A stretch of 64,000 nucleotides of DNA from Dehalococcoidia bacterium. Its GTDB lineage: Bacteria; Chloroflexota; Dehalococcoidia; Bin125. Positions within the stretch are counted from its first letter, which is position 1. Each line of letters begins with the position of its first letter. Positions 10,586 to 19,288 of this stretch are shown piece by piece. Where the stretch lies: positions 256,001 to 320,000 of the forward strand of contig CAXXRD010000001.1 of the NCBI GenBank assembly GCA_963663895.2, written 5' to 3'. The notes under the pieces are model-generated. The model did not search any database and was not told the DNA's origin. It saw nothing but the letters and a program-made list of their open reading frames with translations. Both the position numbers and the translations under genes were made by a program.

Positions 10586-11045
10586 GCGCGCAGCTTCTGC
10601 ATCCCCAAGCGGATGCGGGTCTTCACCGTGCCCAACGGCGTGTCCAGCGCCGCCGCGATCTCCGACTGCGTCATGCCCTTGTAATAGGCCAGCGCGATCG
10701 CCGTGCGCTGCTCCGGCGGCAGCGTCCCCAGCGCCTCTCGCACCAACGCGCGTTGCGCGTGCGCCGCCGCCGCACGCGGTACTGATCGATCGCCAGGTTG
10801 CGCGTCACGCTCAGCAGCCAGCTGAAGAACTTGCCGCGCGCGGGCACGTAGCGCTGCGGCGCTTTCCACAGCCGCGTGAGTACCTCCTGCACCACGTCTT
10901 CGGCGCTTTGCGCATCTTCCAAGACGCCGTAGGCGGTGGAGTAGACCAGCCGGGCGTACCGGTCGTAGAGCGCCTCGAAAGCTCGCACGTCCTGTGCGCC
11001 GATCGCATCCATCAATGCTTCATCGCTTCGCTCGGCACGTTCCAC
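10580..11045 (-). pseudogene. ECF sigma factor (SigK-like), frameshifted
   Basis: Region 2 ([28 protein letters not shown]) and region 4 ([23 protein letters not shown]) lie in different frames. Confidence 0.8.
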
Positions 11046-11226
11046 GCTGGGGAGGATACCCGAGGGTACTTCCGCCTTTGCGTACTCCTACGATCCACCG
11101 GCGTCTTCGGTTGTATGCGCGGGCCGTACGGATCGGGCGCGCGTCCCGGCCGCAGGCAAGCCGGCCCCCGGACGGGTGCTATACTCGCCGCCGTCCTGCC
11201 GCGATCAAGAGGTTCCCCACGGGTTC

Positions 11227-12291
11227 ATGCCCTCCGCTACCGACGCCTTGGGCCGCACCGTCACGCTGGAGCGCGCCCCCGCGCGGGTCGTCTCTCTCGT
11301 CCCCAGCGTCACGGAAGCCGTCGCCACGTTCGGGCAGGGAAACAAGCTCGTCGCCTGCACGAAGTTCTGCGCCGAGCCCGCGGACCTCACCGCCGCCTTA
11401 CGCAAAGTCGGAGGCACCAAGGACCCGGACATCGACGCCATCGCCGCGCTCAAGCCCGACCTCGTCCTCGCCAACGTCGAGGAGAACCGCCGGCAAGACG
11501 TCCAGGCCCTGATCGACGCCGGCCTCACCGTCTTCGTCGGCTATCCCCGCACCGTGCGCGCAGCGATCGACGAGTTCCAGACGATCGGCGAGCTGGTCGG
11601 CACCCCCGCCAGCCCCAGAATCGTGCGAGAGATGAACGAGGCGATCGAGCGGCAAGAAACGCTGAACCAAACCCGCCGCCGCGTCCGCGTCTTCTGCCCC
11701 ATCTGGCGCAACCCCTACATGGCCATCGCCGGCGCCACCTACGCCGGCGATCTGATCCGGCTCGCGGGCGGGGAGAACGTGTTCGAGAGCCACCCCCGCG
11801 GCGCGCGCTATCCCCAGGTGACCCTCGCCGAGATCAAGGCCGCGGACCCCGAAGTCATCCTGCTCCCGGACGAACCCTACCGCTTTCGTCCGCGCCACCG
11901 CGACGAGCTGCGCGTCCTCAGCGATCTCCGCGCGGTCCGCGGCAACCGGATCTATCTCTGCGACGGACGCTGGCTCACGTGGTACGGCCCCCGCATCGCC
12001 GAGGGGCTTGAGGGCGTCGAGAAGCTCCTGGACCACGCCCGCCCGGAATGGAAAGCGCCCGCCGATCTGCCCCCCATCAGCGAGCGCAAGCCCCGGACCC
12101 GCGCCAAGCAAGCCGGCCGTGCCGGCAAGCCCGCGAAGAAACCTACGCAGAAAAAGTCGCCGGCCGCCGCGGCCGAGCCCAGGCACCGGCCCCCGCCCTC
12201 GCGTTTCGCTCCGGGCCAAGAGCCGCCGCTCCCGCCCGGCCTCACCTTTGACGCCGGCGCCCAGGATGTCGTTGACGAGAGGCGCCGCTAG
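11227..12291 (+). CDS. Helical-backbone ABC substrate-binding protein (BtuF/cobalamin-like)
   Basis: RVVSLVPSVTE, VGGTKDPD, PDLVLANVEEN, LPDEPY, WYGPR; no clear signal peptide; basic low-complexity tail. Confidence 0.85.
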   Translation: MPSATDALGRTVTLERAPARVVSLVPSVTEAVATFGQGNKLVACTKFCAEPADLTAALRKVGGTKDPDIDAIAALKPDLVLANVEENRRQDVQALIDAGLTVFVGYPRTVRAAIDEFQTIGELVGTPASPRIVREMNEAIERQETLNQTRRRVRVFCPIWRNPYMAIAGATYAGDLIRLAGGENVFESHPRGARYPQVTLAEIKAADPEVILLPDEPYRFRPRHRDELRVLSDLRAVRGNRIYLCDGRWLTWYGPRIAEGLEGVEKLLDHARPEWKAPADLPPISERKPRTRAKQAGRAGKPAKKPTQKKSPAAAAEPRHRPPPSRFAPGQEPPLPPGLTFDAGAQDVVDERRR

Positions 12292-12315
12292 GCACGGTTG
12301 GCTGGAACACATCCG

Positions 12316-12436
12316 AAAACGGGACAGGGACAGGCCGGAGCCCGTCCCTACAACATGGTGCATATCGCCCCGAAGGGCTCAGCTTGTTGTTGGCCACATT
12401 GCGAGAATGCGAAGCGGCCATTCCCTGACCCACATT
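12316..12436 (-). ncRNA. tracrRNA
   Basis: 12415-12433 matches the CRISPR repeat at 18/19 nt; followed on the minus strand by CCAACAACAAG, a GCCC-UUCG-GGGC hairpin, a GC-rich terminal hairpin and a U4 tract; upstream TGnTAGATT extended -10. Confidence 0.85.
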
Positions 12437-12504
12437 TAATCTACCATAAAACTGCAAGCGGCTCCAACTGCTCGCGAGCGATTAGAAGTCCGACGGAGGT
12501 CTGC

Positions 12505-15500
12505 ATGCCGACGGCTGAAGAAGTATACGGCGACGAGAGCGCTGTGGACGATCGCGCTGAAGAGCCGCGGCTGCGGCTCGGCCTGGATCTTGGGACGAAC
12601 AGCATCGGCTGGGCGCTCTACCGCCTCGACGACGGCGATCCCCCCGAGCCCGTGGCGTTGATCGACGGGGGCGTGCTGATCCACTCGGACGGGCGCAACC
12701 CGCAGAGCCGCGCTTCCAACGCTGCAGTGCGACGCGAGAAGCGCGGGATGCGGCGTAACCGCGATCGCATGCTGCGCCGCCGCCGCCGCGCCGCACGCCT
12801 GCTCCGCAGCCTTGGACTGCTGCCGGACGGCGAGGAGGCTCGCAAGGCTTCAAGGAACCTCGATCCGCTGCAGCTGCGCGCCGAGGCGCTGGACCGCCCG
12901 CTCACGCCGCACGAACTCGGCCGCGCACTACTCTCGTTCGCCGACCGCCGTGGCTTCAAAAGCAACCGCAAGACCGATGGGGGCGAGGACGGCGCCATCC
13001 GCACGGACGTCAGCATCTTGCGGCGGCGGATCGAAGACACCGGCTCGCGCACGCTTGGCGAGTACCTGTGGCGGCGGCGGCGGCGCGGCAAGCCCATCCG
13101 CGCCCGCCTCGGCAACGGCCTGTATCCCGAACGCGCGATGATCGAGGATGAACTCACCGCGATCCGTGCCGCACAAGCCGCGCATCATCCATCGATGATG
13201 CCCGAGACTTGGGACGGCATCATCGCGGCGATCACGTTCCAGCGTCCGCTCAGGCCCGTCGAGCGCGGCCGCTGCACGCTGATCCCGGAAGAGCCGAGGG
13301 CGTACAAGGCGTATCCGTTGTTCCAGCGCTTCCGTATCCGCGAGGAAGTGCTGAACATTGAGGTGGCACCGCCCGGCAAAAGCTACCGGCCGCTCGACAC
13401 CAATGAGCGCGAAAGGCTCGTCGATAAGCTTCTGAGCAGCAAGGACCAGACGTTCGATCAAGTCGTGGCGTTGCTCGGCCTGCCCGACGATACCCGTGTC
13501 AACCTCCGCTCTGCCGCCCGCGACAAGATCGACGGCGACCAGACCGCGTACGTGCTGCGCGCGAAGAAGCGATTCGGCGCGGACTGGGCGCAACTGAGCC
13601 TCGAACGCCAGCAGGAGGTCGTCGAGCGGCTGATCGAGGACGAGGACCCAGACGTATTAGAAGACTGGCTACGGGATGAATTTGGACTAACTGAAGCGGC
13701 GGCCGAGCAAGTCGCCTCGGCACCCCTCCCTTCAGGGACAGGCCGCCTCTCATTGGCCGCGATCGAGCGGTTGCTGCCGCACATGCGGCGAGAACTGCGC
13801 TACCACGACGCCGTGCAGGCGGCTGGGCTTGGCCACCACTCAGACCTGCGCGGCGACGGAAGCATGGATCGTCTGCCTTACTACGGCGAAGTGTTGGAAC
13901 GGCACGTTATCGGTGGCCGCCCCAATGGTCGCAACGATGCAGAGCGATACGGGCGCGTCGCCAATCCGACCGTGCACATCGCCCTCGGCCAAGTGCGGCG
14001 GCTTTTCAACGCCATCGCTGATCGCCATGGCAAGCCCTCTGAAATCGTCGTCGAACTCGCCCGGGAACTCAAACAGAACGAGCAGCAACGCCTCGATTAC
14101 CAGCGGGGACAACGTGAAAACCGTGACCGCAACGAGCGCTTGCGCGAGCTGGCCGCACAAGCCGGTCACCCGGACCCCTCGCCGGTGGACATGCGCAAGC
14201 TGCGCCTGTGGGAGGAGCAGGGACCGCCGAACGGCCGTGTCTGTCCATTCAGCGGCGAGCCGCTCTCGATCGAGCGCGTGCTCTCCGACGCCACCGAGAT
14301 CGAGCACATCCTGCCGTACAGCCGCAGCCTCGATAACAGCATGAACAACACCGTCGTCGCGATGCGCTACGCGAACCGTGAGAAGGGCAACCGTACGCCG
14401 TTCATGGCCTGGGGCCACGACCGTGAGCGTTACGACGCCGTCCTCGCCCGCGCCCGCTTGTTGCCGCAGGGTAAGCAGCGGCGCTTTGAGGAAGATGCGA
14501 TGGAGCGTTGGGAGCGCAGCCGTGATTTCTTGGATCGCCAGCTGAACGAGAACAGCTACCTGTCGCGTCTCGTCCGTGAGTACCTTGAAGCAGCCGTCGT
14601 GCCCAAGCGCATCTGGGTGACACCGGGCCGGATGACGGCGATGCTACGGCGCGGCTGGGGTCTCAACGCCATATTGTCCGAGGACAATGACTGGAAGAAC
14701 CGCAACGATCACCGCCACCATCTGATCGACGCAGCGGTGATTGGCCTCACCTCGCGCTCACTGCTGCAGAAGGTCGCCCGCGCTAGCGGACGCGGCGAGG
14801 ACGGCGAGAGCGTGATCGCCGCCGCCGAGCCGCCCTGGGAGGGCTTCCGTCAGGATGTCGGCGATCTGGTCGAGCGCTGCACCGTGCGCCACCGCCCGGA
14901 CCACTTCCAGCCCGCGCGCGGCAGCACCAGCGGCAGCTTGCACAACGAGACGGCCTACGGAGTCGTCTGCGACGGCGACGGAGAACCGAAGCGCGACGAA
15001 CGAGGCAACATCACACTCGTTGAAACCAAGCCCCTGGAGTCGCTCGATGCGCGGAAGCTTGAAGATATCCGCGACCCCGCGCTGCGCGAGCGCCTGCAGG
15101 CACTGTGGGATCGCGTCGAGGCGGAGCACGCGGGCGAGAGTGCGAAGGTGCGGCAGCACTTCGCCGAGCGTGCGAGGAAGGAACTGGGCGTGCGGCGCGT
15201 GCGCGTGCTGGTTCGGCTGGGCGAGGAGAGCCTCGCTTTCATCCGCGACCAGTCGGGCATCCGCGACCAGTCGGGCCGCATCTACAAGGCGTACAAGACC
15301 GACGGCAACGCCTACATGGACGTCTGGCTGCTCCCCGGCGGGAAGACCCGAGGCGAGACGGTCAGCCGCTTCGACGCCCACCAGCGGGACTTCCCACCAA
15401 AGGTCAAGGCCGAGCACCCGGCCGCGAAGAAGCTCATGCGCCTCCACCGCGACGACATGGTCGCCCTTGGCGAGGGCGAAGACCGACGGATCCTGCGTGT

Positions 15501-15699
15501 CAAGGAACTGTCAGGCCAGAAGATCATTCTGGTCGAGCACAAGCAGGCTGGCAAAGCTAAGGAGATGCCGCTGGTTAGCAAGCAGGCGACCCGCGTACTC
15601 AAAGAGGGGCTGCGCAAGGTATCCGTGGATATCACCGGGCGCGTGCAGGACGGCGGCCCGTTCGACTCCGACGGACGCGGCAAGAGCAGCAAGAGCTGA
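12505..15699 (+). CDS. cas9: Type II-C Cas9 (1064 aa)
   Basis: RuvC-I LGLDLGTNSIGWA; Arg-rich bridge helix; RuvC-II VVELARE; HNH EIEHILPYS..N..N.EKGNRTP; RuvC-III HHLIDA; GGAGG RBS before ATG 12505. Confidence 0.98.
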   Translation: MPTAEEVYGDESAVDDRAEEPRLRLGLDLGTNSIGWALYRLDDGDPPEPVALIDGGVLIHSDGRNPQSRASNAAVRREKRGMRRNRDRMLRRRRRAARLLRSLGLLPDGEEARKASRNLDPLQLRAEALDRPLTPHELGRALLSFADRRGFKSNRKTDGGEDGAIRTDVSILRRRIEDTGSRTLGEYLWRRRRRGKPIRARLGNGLYPERAMIEDELTAIRAAQAAHHPSMMPETWDGIIAAITFQRPLRPVERGRCTLIPEEPRAYKAYPLFQRFRIREEVLNIEVAPPGKSYRPLDTNERERLVDKLLSSKDQTFDQVVALLGLPDDTRVNLRSAARDKIDGDQTAYVLRAKKRFGADWAQLSLERQQEVVERLIEDEDPDVLEDWLRDEFGLTEAAAEQVASAPLPSGTGRLSLAAIERLLPHMRRELRYHDAVQAAGLGHHSDLRGDGSMDRLPYYGEVLERHVIGGRPNGRNDAERYGRVANPTVHIALGQVRRLFNAIADRHGKPSEIVVELARELKQNEQQRLDYQRGQRENRDRNERLRELAAQAGHPDPSPVDMRKLRLWEEQGPPNGRVCPFSGEPLSIERVLSDATEIEHILPYSRSLDNSMNNTVVAMRYANREKGNRTPFMAWGHDRERYDAVLARARLLPQGKQRRFEEDAMERWERSRDFLDRQLNENSYLSRLVREYLEAAVVPKRIWVTPGRMTAMLRRGWGLNAILSEDNDWKNRNDHRHHLIDAAVIGLTSRSLLQKVARASGRGEDGESVIAAAEPPWEGFRQDVGDLVERCTVRHRPDHFQPARGSTSGSLHNETAYGVVCDGDGEPKRDERGNITLVETKPLESLDARKLEDIRDPALRERLQALWDRVEAEHAGESAKVRQHFAERARKELGVRRVRVLVRLGEESLAFIRDQSGIRDQSGRIYKAYKTDGNAYMDVWLLPGGKTRGETVSRFDAHQRDFPPKVKAEHPAAKKLMRLHRDDMVALGEGEDRRILRVKELSGQKIILVEHKQAGKAKEMPLVSKQATRVLKEGLRKVSVDITGRVQDGGPFDSDGRGKSSKS

Positions 15700-15703
15700 G
15701 CCG

Positions 15704-16612
15704 ATGGAGCGCCGCGTGCTCGATATCGCCGAGGGGCGGCGCCATCTCTCGAAACGGCGCGGCTCGCTGCTCGTGACCCGCGATCCGGGCACGCCCGAGG
15801 CGTGCGAGACGCTCGTGCCATTCGATGAGATCGAGTCGGTGATCGTGCATGCCCCGCAGGCGTCCTACTCGAATGCGGCGGTCACCGAGTTGGCCCGGCG
15901 CGGCATCCCAGTGGTCTGCTGCGACAAGACGCACACGCCGGTCGCCTGGCTGTGGCCGGCCGAGGCGAACTTCGAACAGAGCCGCCGCATGGCGGCGCAG
16001 GCGACGATGCCGGAGCCGCTGCGTGATGCGCTGTGGGCGCGCATCGTGACCGCCAAGATCGAGGCCCAAGCCGCCGTCGTCCGCGGCGAGGGCTCCGGGA
16101 ATGATGGCTTCCTGGAGTTCGCTCGATCCGTGCAGCCGGGCGACCGCAGCAACGTCGAGGCGCAGGCGGCGCGCCTCTACTGGAAATTATTGTTCGACGA
16201 CTTCTTCCGGCGGGCGCGCCACGGCCGGCCGCCGAACGGCCTGCTCAACTACGGCTACGCGATTCTGCGCGCGACGGTCGCACGGTACCTCTGCGCGGCG
16301 GGGCTGCACCCCTCGATCGGCCTGCACCACCGCAACCGCTTCAACGCCTTCTGCCTTGCCGACGACCTCATGGAGCCCTTCCGTCCGGCGGTCGATCGCG
16401 CCGTGCTGGCGCTCTGGAGGGATGGCCGCGAGGAGGTGACGGCGGAGACGAAGCCAGCGCTCGCGGCGGTGATGGCGGAGACGGTGCGGACCGACCGCGG
16501 AGCGGCCCCGCTCAGCCGCTGCGTCGAGCGGGCGGCACAGTCGCTCGCGCAGTCGGTGCTTGATGGAGAGGACCTGCTGCACCTCCCCGACGGCGCCGCG
16601 ATCGCCGGATGA
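15704..16612 (+). CDS. cas1: Type II Cas1
   Basis: NVEAQAARLYW, NGLLNYGYAILR, GLHH.N..N.FCLADDLMEPFRP. Confidence 0.97.
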   Translation: MERRVLDIAEGRRHLSKRRGSLLVTRDPGTPEACETLVPFDEIESVIVHAPQASYSNAAVTELARRGIPVVCCDKTHTPVAWLWPAEANFEQSRRMAAQATMPEPLRDALWARIVTAKIEAQAAVVRGEGSGNDGFLEFARSVQPGDRSNVEAQAARLYWKLLFDDFFRRARHGRPPNGLLNYGYAILRATVARYLCAAGLHPSIGLHHRNRFNAFCLADDLMEPFRPAVDRAVLALWRDGREEVTAETKPALAAVMAETVRTDRGAAPLSRCVERAAQSLAQSVLDGEDLLHLPDGAAIAG

Positions 16613-16941
16613 GCACGTTCAGCGGATATCGCTTCATGTGGATGCTGGTGATGTTCGACCTGCCGGTGCTGACGAAGCGTCAGCGCAAACGCGCGACGAA
16701 GTTCCGCACCGACCTGCTCGATCTCGGGTTCGAGATGGCGCAACTCTCGGTCTACATGAAGTTCTGCGGGGGGCGCGACGCCGCGGACGCCTTAGCCGCG
16801 CGCGTCGAACGCCGCGTGCCGGTGCAGGGGCGGGTCAGCGTGCTCGTGTTCACGGACAAGCAGTACGGACGCATGCGGGTGTTCAGCAGCGGCAGCCGCG
16901 AGTCCCGGAAAGCGGAGCGCGGCCAGCTGCTCATGCTGTAG
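16609..16941 (+). CDS. cas2: Cas2
   Basis: MWMLVMFDLPV, F...LLDLGFEM.Q.SVY, TDKQY. Confidence 0.97.
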   Translation: MSTFSGYRFMWMLVMFDLPVLTKRQRKRATKFRTDLLDLGFEMAQLSVYMKFCGGRDAADALAARVERRVPVQGRVSVLVFTDKQYGRMRVFSSGSRESRKAERGQLLML

Positions 16942-17004
16942 CGCCTGCGCCGCCTCGGACGGGATGGCGCGAGTCCACGGCTCGCCCTGGCCGCCAGGCT
17001 ATCT

Positions 17005-17766
17005 ATTTTAGTGGGTCAGGAAATGGCCGGCAACCAAAACTGCTCTCCCCATTGTGAGCAGGCCAGACGAATTTTAGTGGGTCAGGAAATGGCCGGCAAC
17101 CAAAACAGCAGCGGCACGCTGACTGGAGCGCTGGGATTTTAGTGGGTCAGGAAATGGCCGGCAACCAAAACACACGGGAGAGCGGGAGCGGAGCGAGGAT
17201 TATTTTAGTGGGTCAGGAAATGGCCGGCAACCAAAACGTGAAGGGAACCTGGAGCGCATAGGCGGTCATTTTAGTGGGTCAGGAAATGGCCGGCAACCAA
17301 AACCAATGGGATCGTGACAACCTGCTAGCCGCGATTTTAGTGGGTCAGGAAATGGCCGGCAACCAAAACACGTCTAGGGCGCATCGGCTATACCACGCAT
17401 ATTTTAGTGGGTCAGGAAATGGCCGGCAACCAAAACGCAGTGAGGGTCAGATCCGCAGGTATCACGATTTTAGTGGGTCAGGAAATGGCCGGCAACCAAA
17501 ACACGGACAAGAGCCGGCCCGTGCTCACGATGATTTTAGTGGGTCAGGAAATGGCCGGCAACCAAAACCGCGAACGGCTGCGGAATCAGTTCCGCGTGAT
17601 TTTAGTGGGTCAGGAAATGGCCGGCAACCAAAACGACGTACGGGACTACATGCAGCAGGGGGTGATTTTAGTGGGTCAGGAAATGGCCGGCAACCAAAAC
17701 GACGTACGGGACTACATGCAGCAGGGGGTGATTTTAGTGGGTCAGGAAATGGCCGGCAACCAAAAC
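17005..17766 (-). CRISPR. CRISPR array: 12 identical 36-bp repeats, 11 spacers of 29-31 bp
   Basis: Repeat ATTTTAGTGGGTCAGGAAATGGCCGGCAACCAAAAC on + (GTTTTGG...TAAAAT on -); strand inferred from GTTTT start and tracrRNA complementarity; last two spacers identical. Confidence 0.99.
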
Positions 17767-17827
17767 GCTACATACAGTATCTAGTATCCTAGGCTTTGTC
17801 CCGGTCACTTTTTAAGAACAGGGCAGG

Positions 17828-18412
17828 CTAGCTGGTCCCCGCAGGCTCTCCCGCCAACCCAATCTCCTCCGCGATGCCCCGCATCGCCTCGATCACCTCT
17901 CCGATATGATCATTCAACTCGACGCCCAACTCCTGCGCCCCGTTGATGATGTCGTCCCGGTTCACCGCGCGCGCGAAGGCGGGCTCCTTCAGCTTCTTCC
18001 GCACCGACTTCACCTTGACATCGTGAATCGACTTCGACGGCCGCACCAGCGCCACCGCCACGATGAAGCCGGACAGCTCGTCCACGCCGTACAGCGTCCT
18101 CTCCAGGGCCGAATCGCGTGAAACCCCCGTCGCCGGGTTATGGGATTCCACCGCCCGCGCCAGAACCTCCGGCCAGCCCCGCTCGCGCATGATCCCCGCG
18201 CCGACGCGCGCGTGCTCGTCGACATCGGGATGCTGCTCGTAATCGAAGTCGTGCAGCATGCCCGCGATCGCCCACTGCTCCTCGTCCGCTCCCGCCTGCC
18301 GCGCGAACGCCCGCATCACCCCCGCCACGCAGAGCGCGTGCTTCCGCAGTGAGTCGGATTGCGTGAACTCGCAAAGCAGCGCCCAGGCCTCGGCACGCGT
18401 CGGATTGTCCAT
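17828..18412 (-). CDS. HDIG/HD-domain protein
   Basis: LRKHAL, GMLHDFDYE, DELSGF, FARAVNR. Confidence 0.9.
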   Translation of the reverse strand: MDNPTRAEAWALLCEFTQSDSLRKHALCVAGVMRAFARQAGADEEQWAIAGMLHDFDYEQHPDVDEHARVGAGIMRERGWPEVLARAVESHNPATGVSRDSALERTLYGVDELSGFIVAVALVRPSKSIHDVKVKSVRKKLKEPAFARAVNRDDIINGAQELGVELNDHIGEVIEAMRGIAEEIGLAGEPAGTS

Positions 18413-18431
18413 CGATCTCCCTCCAATCGAT

Positions 18432-19256
18432 TCAGACGGCGCGGCCGCTATCGAAGAGCAGCGCCCGCGCGAGCAGCTCGCCCGCCAGGACCGCTCCCGT
18501 CACCAAGTACAGCAGCCCCGTCGCCGACATCATGGAGCGTATCCGCGACGAGGACCACGCCATCCACCCCAGCACCAGCGAGAAGGCGAGGCCCACTCCC
18601 ACGCGCAGCCAGAACGCCCGGTTCGCCTCGATCGCCAGGTCCCGCCCCCCCGCCGGCCGCTCGTCGATCGGCGCCACCACCGCCAGTACCAGCAGCAGCA
18701 CCTGCACCGTCAGCAGCACGAGCAGCAGGAAGGTCACCTCGTTCAGCGGCTTGGCGGGCAGTCGCGGCGTCACCAAATACCAGTGGCCCAAACTCAAGCC
18801 GACCGCGGCCAGTCCCAAGGTCAGCGTGCCCGCCAACAGACTCACGAACACCAATCCGAAGTTCCACGCCGGCAGGCGCAGCATCATGGCGAGCAGCACC
18901 AGCACCACCACCGCCAGCGCCGCCAAGCAACCCGCCGCCACCCGGCCCGCGCGCGGGCGCTTCGCATAGAGCAGCGCGGGGTACAGCGCGCTCAGCCCGG
19001 TGGCGACCGCCAGCAGCGCCGCGATCGCGTCACGCGGGCCCGTATCCAGCCGGTAGCCGTTCACCGAAACCCCATCCAGCTCCAGCGCCAGCCACAGCGC
19101 CAGCCCCATCACCGGCGGCACCATCAGCGTCGTCGCCCGCACGAACCCCACGGTCGCATTGCCCCGCAGGTCCACGGCCAGCATCACCATGCTCGCGCCC
19201 AGGGCGAGCTCGGCCAGCACCAAGAACAGGACGTATGGCAGGGCGTCGGATTCCAC
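18432..19256 (-). CDS. Multi-pass membrane protein
   Basis: About 8 hydrophobic segments; LGHWYLV.P and SATGLLY motifs. Confidence 0.75.
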   Translation of the reverse strand: MESDALPYVLFLVLAELALGASMVMLAVDLRGNATVGFVRATTLMVPPVMGLALWLALELDGVSVNGYRLDTGPRDAIAALLAVATGLSALYPALLYAKRPRAGRVAAGCLAALAVVVLVLLAMMLRLPAWNFGLVFVSLLAGTLTLGLAAVGLSLGHWYLVTPRLPAKPLNEVTFLLLVLLTVQVLLLVLAVVAPIDERPAGGRDLAIEANRAFWLRVGVGLAFSLVLGWMAWSSSRIRSMMSATGLLYLVTGAVLAGELLARALLFDSGRAV

Positions 19257-19288
19257 AGCTCACATGCTCCGCGATTCGCGCGCCGCCC

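Noticed and set aside
12298-12504. 69-aa N-terminal extension of Cas9 in the ORF track
   Set aside because: It overlaps the tracrRNA; the RBS supports ATG 12505.
14855-15703. Apparent 585-aa Cas1 fusion
   Set aside because: The upstream part is an off-frame reading of cas9; Cas1 starts at 15704.
17041-17730. Self-targeting spacers within the window
   Set aside because: No match noticed by eye; not exhaustive, needs an alignment search.
17274-17792. ORFs with repeated GQEMAGNQN peptides
   Set aside because: They are translations of the CRISPR repeats.
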